Assembly (NCBI GenBank): GCA_902515185.1
Contig: CABXTN010000004.1
Coordinates: 614-64,613, forward strand
Reading direction: 5' to 3'
DNA length: 64,000 nucleotides
DNA from: an uncultured Pelagibacteraceae bacterium
GTDB taxonomy: Bacteria > Pseudomonadota > Alphaproteobacteria > Pelagibacterales > Pelagibacteraceae
In this document: piece by piece, positions 61,736-64,000 of the stretch
Layout: every line of letters begins with the position of its first letter
Position numbering within the stretch: the stretch's first letter is position 1
The notes under the pieces: model-generated
What the model was told of the DNA's origin: nothing
The model's input: the letters and a program-made list of their open reading frames with translations, nothing else
Database searches by the model: none
Translations under genes and position numbers: made by a program

Positions 61736-61963
61736 CTAGAATGCGAATAAAATTATCAATGCAACTACTAGTCCAAATAATCCTGTAGCCTCAGCTAAAG
61801 CAAATCCTAAAAGTAAATTAGGAAATTGTTTTTGAGCTGCGGATGGGTTTCTCATTGCGCCCGATAGGTAATTACCAAATATAATTCCTATTCCAACACC
61901 TGCACCTGCTAGAGCTATTGCCGCTAAACCTGCTCCGATCATTTTTGCTGCTTCTAATTCCAT
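61736..61963 (-). CDS. atpE: F0 ATP synthase subunit c
   Basis: GAGVGIG, RNP, GFALAE. Confidence 0.98.
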   Translation of the reverse strand: MELEAAKMIGAGLAAIALAGAGVGIGIIFGNYLSGAMRNPSAAQKQFPNLLLGFALAEATGLFGLVVALIILFAF

Positions 61964-61978
61964 TATTCCTCCTTTTGT

Positions 61979-62713
61979 TTAATGGTGTAAATTTAATGCA
62001 TCATTTAAATAAATGCATGTTAAAATTGCAAAAACATAAGCTTGAAGAAAAGCAACTAATATCTCCAAACCTGTTAAGGCAACTGAAAAACTCAGTGGAA
62101 GCCATCCACCAACTATTCCGAGGCTTATAACAAAACCCCCGAAAACTTTCATCATAGTGTGACCAGCCATCATATTAGCAAATAAACGTACTGATAAACT
62201 TATAGGTCTACTTAAATACGATATTACCTCTATAATTACAATAAGAGGCAAAAGAATTAACGGAACTCCACTTGGCACAAAAAGTTTTAAATAACCTAAG
62301 CCATGTTTTACAAAACCAAGTATAGTTACCCCAATAAAAATAAAAGCTGCAAGAACAAAGGTAACAATTATATGACTTGTAACTGTAAATGCATATGGAA
62401 GCATTCCAAACATATTACAAAAAAGTACAAACATAAATAATGAAAATATCAAATTAAAATAAGGTTTACCTTTAATTCCAGCTGTATCACTGATCATTTT
62501 TGATATAAATGAGTAGCTTAGCTCAGCAAGTAATTGAATTTTGTTTGGTATAATATTTTTTTTTGATGATCCAAGGTTAAAGACTAAAAGTATACTTATA
62601 CAACTTATGATCATAAATAAGCTTGCATTTGTGAAAGATATATCAATTTGATTTATTTTTATTTCTGGGCCAATTCGATATACTTCGAATTGATGCATCG
62701 GATTTGTAGCCAT
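61979..62713 (-). CDS. atpB: F0 ATP synthase subunit a
   Basis: RPISLSVRLFANM.AGH, LQAYVF. Confidence 0.98.
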   Translation of the reverse strand: MATNPMHQFEVYRIGPEIKINQIDISFTNASLFMIISCISILLVFNLGSSKKNIIPNKIQLLAELSYSFISKMISDTAGIKGKPYFNLIFSLFMFVLFCNMFGMLPYAFTVTSHIIVTFVLAAFIFIGVTILGFVKHGLGYLKLFVPSGVPLILLPLIVIIEVISYLSRPISLSVRLFANMMAGHTMMKVFGGFVISLGIVGGWLPLSFSVALTGLEILVAFLQAYVFAILTCIYLNDALNLHH

Positions 62714-62717
62714 AAAT

Positions 62718-62996
62718 TTACTTTACTTGCATATTTTTAGCAGTCCTAATTACGTTCAAAATTCCAGCAACAACACCTACTAAAAAAAATATTAAAATTA
62801 ACCAAGGTTTAGTACCAAACCAATTGTCAAAAATAAACCCAATAATCGTCCCAACTGCAACCGCAGCTACAAATTCTGTGCTCATTTTAAAAGCCATGCC
62901 TAAAACTGAGGATTTATTACCTGAGTTTTCATAATTTTTATCAGCTATCTTATTTTTTGCAATTTCTAGGCGAGTTTTAAATTTTTTATCTGGCAT
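62718..62996 (-). CDS. atpI: ATP synthase protein I (AtpI/AtpZ)
   Basis: EFVAAV.VG..IG...D.WFGT.PW. Confidence 0.9.
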   Translation of the reverse strand: MPDKKFKTRLEIAKNKIADKNYENSGNKSSVLGMAFKMSTEFVAAVAVGTIIGFIFDNWFGTKPWLILIFFLVGVVAGILNVIRTAKNMQVK

Positions 62997-63003
62997 TTTT
63001 TAC

Positions 63004-64000
63004 TTACGCAACCATACTTTCTGCTTTTTGTAAGTCTACTGCTACTAACTGGCTTATTCCTTTTTCAGGCATTGTAACGCCATATAATTTGTTCATTTTT
63101 GACATTGTTAATGCATGGTGAGTTACAATTATAAATCTAGTTTGAGTTATCTTTGTCAATTCTTCTAATAAGCTACAAAATCTCGTAACATTTGCATCGT
63201 CTAATGGTGCATCTACTTCATCTAATACACAAATTGGAGATGGATTAGATAAAAAAACTGCAAAGATTAAGGATAAAGCTGTTAAAGCTTGCTCACCTCC
63301 GGACAATAGAGTAATTGACTGAAGTCTTTTTCCAGGAGGACTAACAAGCATCTCAAGACCAGCTTCTAAAGGGTCGTCAGAATCTACAAGCTCAAGCTTA
63401 GCATTTCCCCCATTAAAAAGTTTAGTATAAACTTCATTGAATTTTCTATTCACTTTTTCAAAAGCCTGAAGAAGTCTTTCTCTGCCTTTTTGATTTAATT
63501 CATTAATACTTTCTTTTAGCTTAATAATTGCATGAACAAGATCTTGCCTATCGGTTTCCATTTTTTTAATTTCCACTTCATACTTTGTAGTTTCCTCGTC
63601 CGCTCTTAAATTTACAGATCCAAGCTTCTCTCTTTCTCTTTTTTTTGCATCCAAAATTTCTTCCTGTGAAACAGCGTCTGGAAATTCATCTTTTTTTTCT
63701 AGATTTGAATATTCAAGAATATTATTTTCATTAAGATTTAATTCAGTATCAATTCTCTCTAACAAATCATTTCTTCTTTTATTCAATCCCTCAATTGTTG
63801 CGCTTGAACTAGCCTTTCTTTCTCTGATCTCAATTGAGCTCTCTTTGGTACTGTCGAGTTCCTCCCTAAGGTTTATAATTTTTGTGTCAACTTCTTCAAT
63901 TAAAGTTTCATTTTCATTTTTTTCTTTTTCAGATAATCTTAAATTTTCAGAAATTTGACCTTTCTTTTCTGCCTGGGACTGTGGTTGTTTATCAAAATTG
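63004..64000 (-). CDS. smc: Chromosome segregation protein SMC (C-terminal part; runs off the window)
   Basis: LG.VNL.A, PPGK, LSGGE, LDEVDAPLD, VTH. Confidence 0.96.
   Translation of the reverse strand, partial: NFDKQPQSQAEKKGQISENLRLSEKEKNENETLIEEVDTKIINLREELDSTKESSIEIRERKASSSATIEGLNKRRNDLLERIDTELNLNENNILEYSNLEKKDEFPDAVSQEEILDAKKREREKLGSVNLRADEETTKYEVEIKKMETDRQDLVHAIIKLKESINELNQKGRERLLQAFEKVNRKFNEVYTKLFNGGNAKLELVDSDDPLEAGLEMLVSPPGKRLQSITLLSGGEQALTALSLIFAVFLSNPSPICVLDEVDAPLDDANVTRFCSLLEELTKITQTRFIIVTHHALTMSKMNKLYGVTMPEKGISQLVAVDLQKAESMVA

Overview
Very AT-rich, gene-dense window with tiny spacers. Gene content and order (trpFBA-accD-folC-trxA, groES/EL, ileS-lspA, lipid A genes, aa3 oxidase operon, crtIBY-blh next to the F0 ATP synthase genes, divergent tRNA-His) point to a SAR11/Pelagibacterales alphaproteobacterium (inference). 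It is almost all core genome; I see no CRISPR array, integrase, transposase or rRNA. The strongest candidate for an undescribed system is at about 1300-1540. An unannotated His-rich leader peptide (MIKKVNILKDTHRHHSHGC) precedes tRNA-His(GUG), whose CCA end lies only 4 nt from the hisS start codon, heading hisS-hisZ-hisG. This looks like a histidine-sensing leader that has a tRNA inside it and lacks a classical attenuator terminator. Other points of note: a three-nuclease cluster (RmuC, a phage-type PD-(D/E)XK exonuclease, ExoI) with a structured sbcB leader; a TrpB with several substituted active-site residues; an in-frame cobS::cobT chimera (possibly an artefact); an RpoH promoter plus ROSE-like thermometer on ibpA; a homopolymer frameshift; and two small membrane ORFs missed by the ORF track. 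All calls come from reading motifs; no searches were run.
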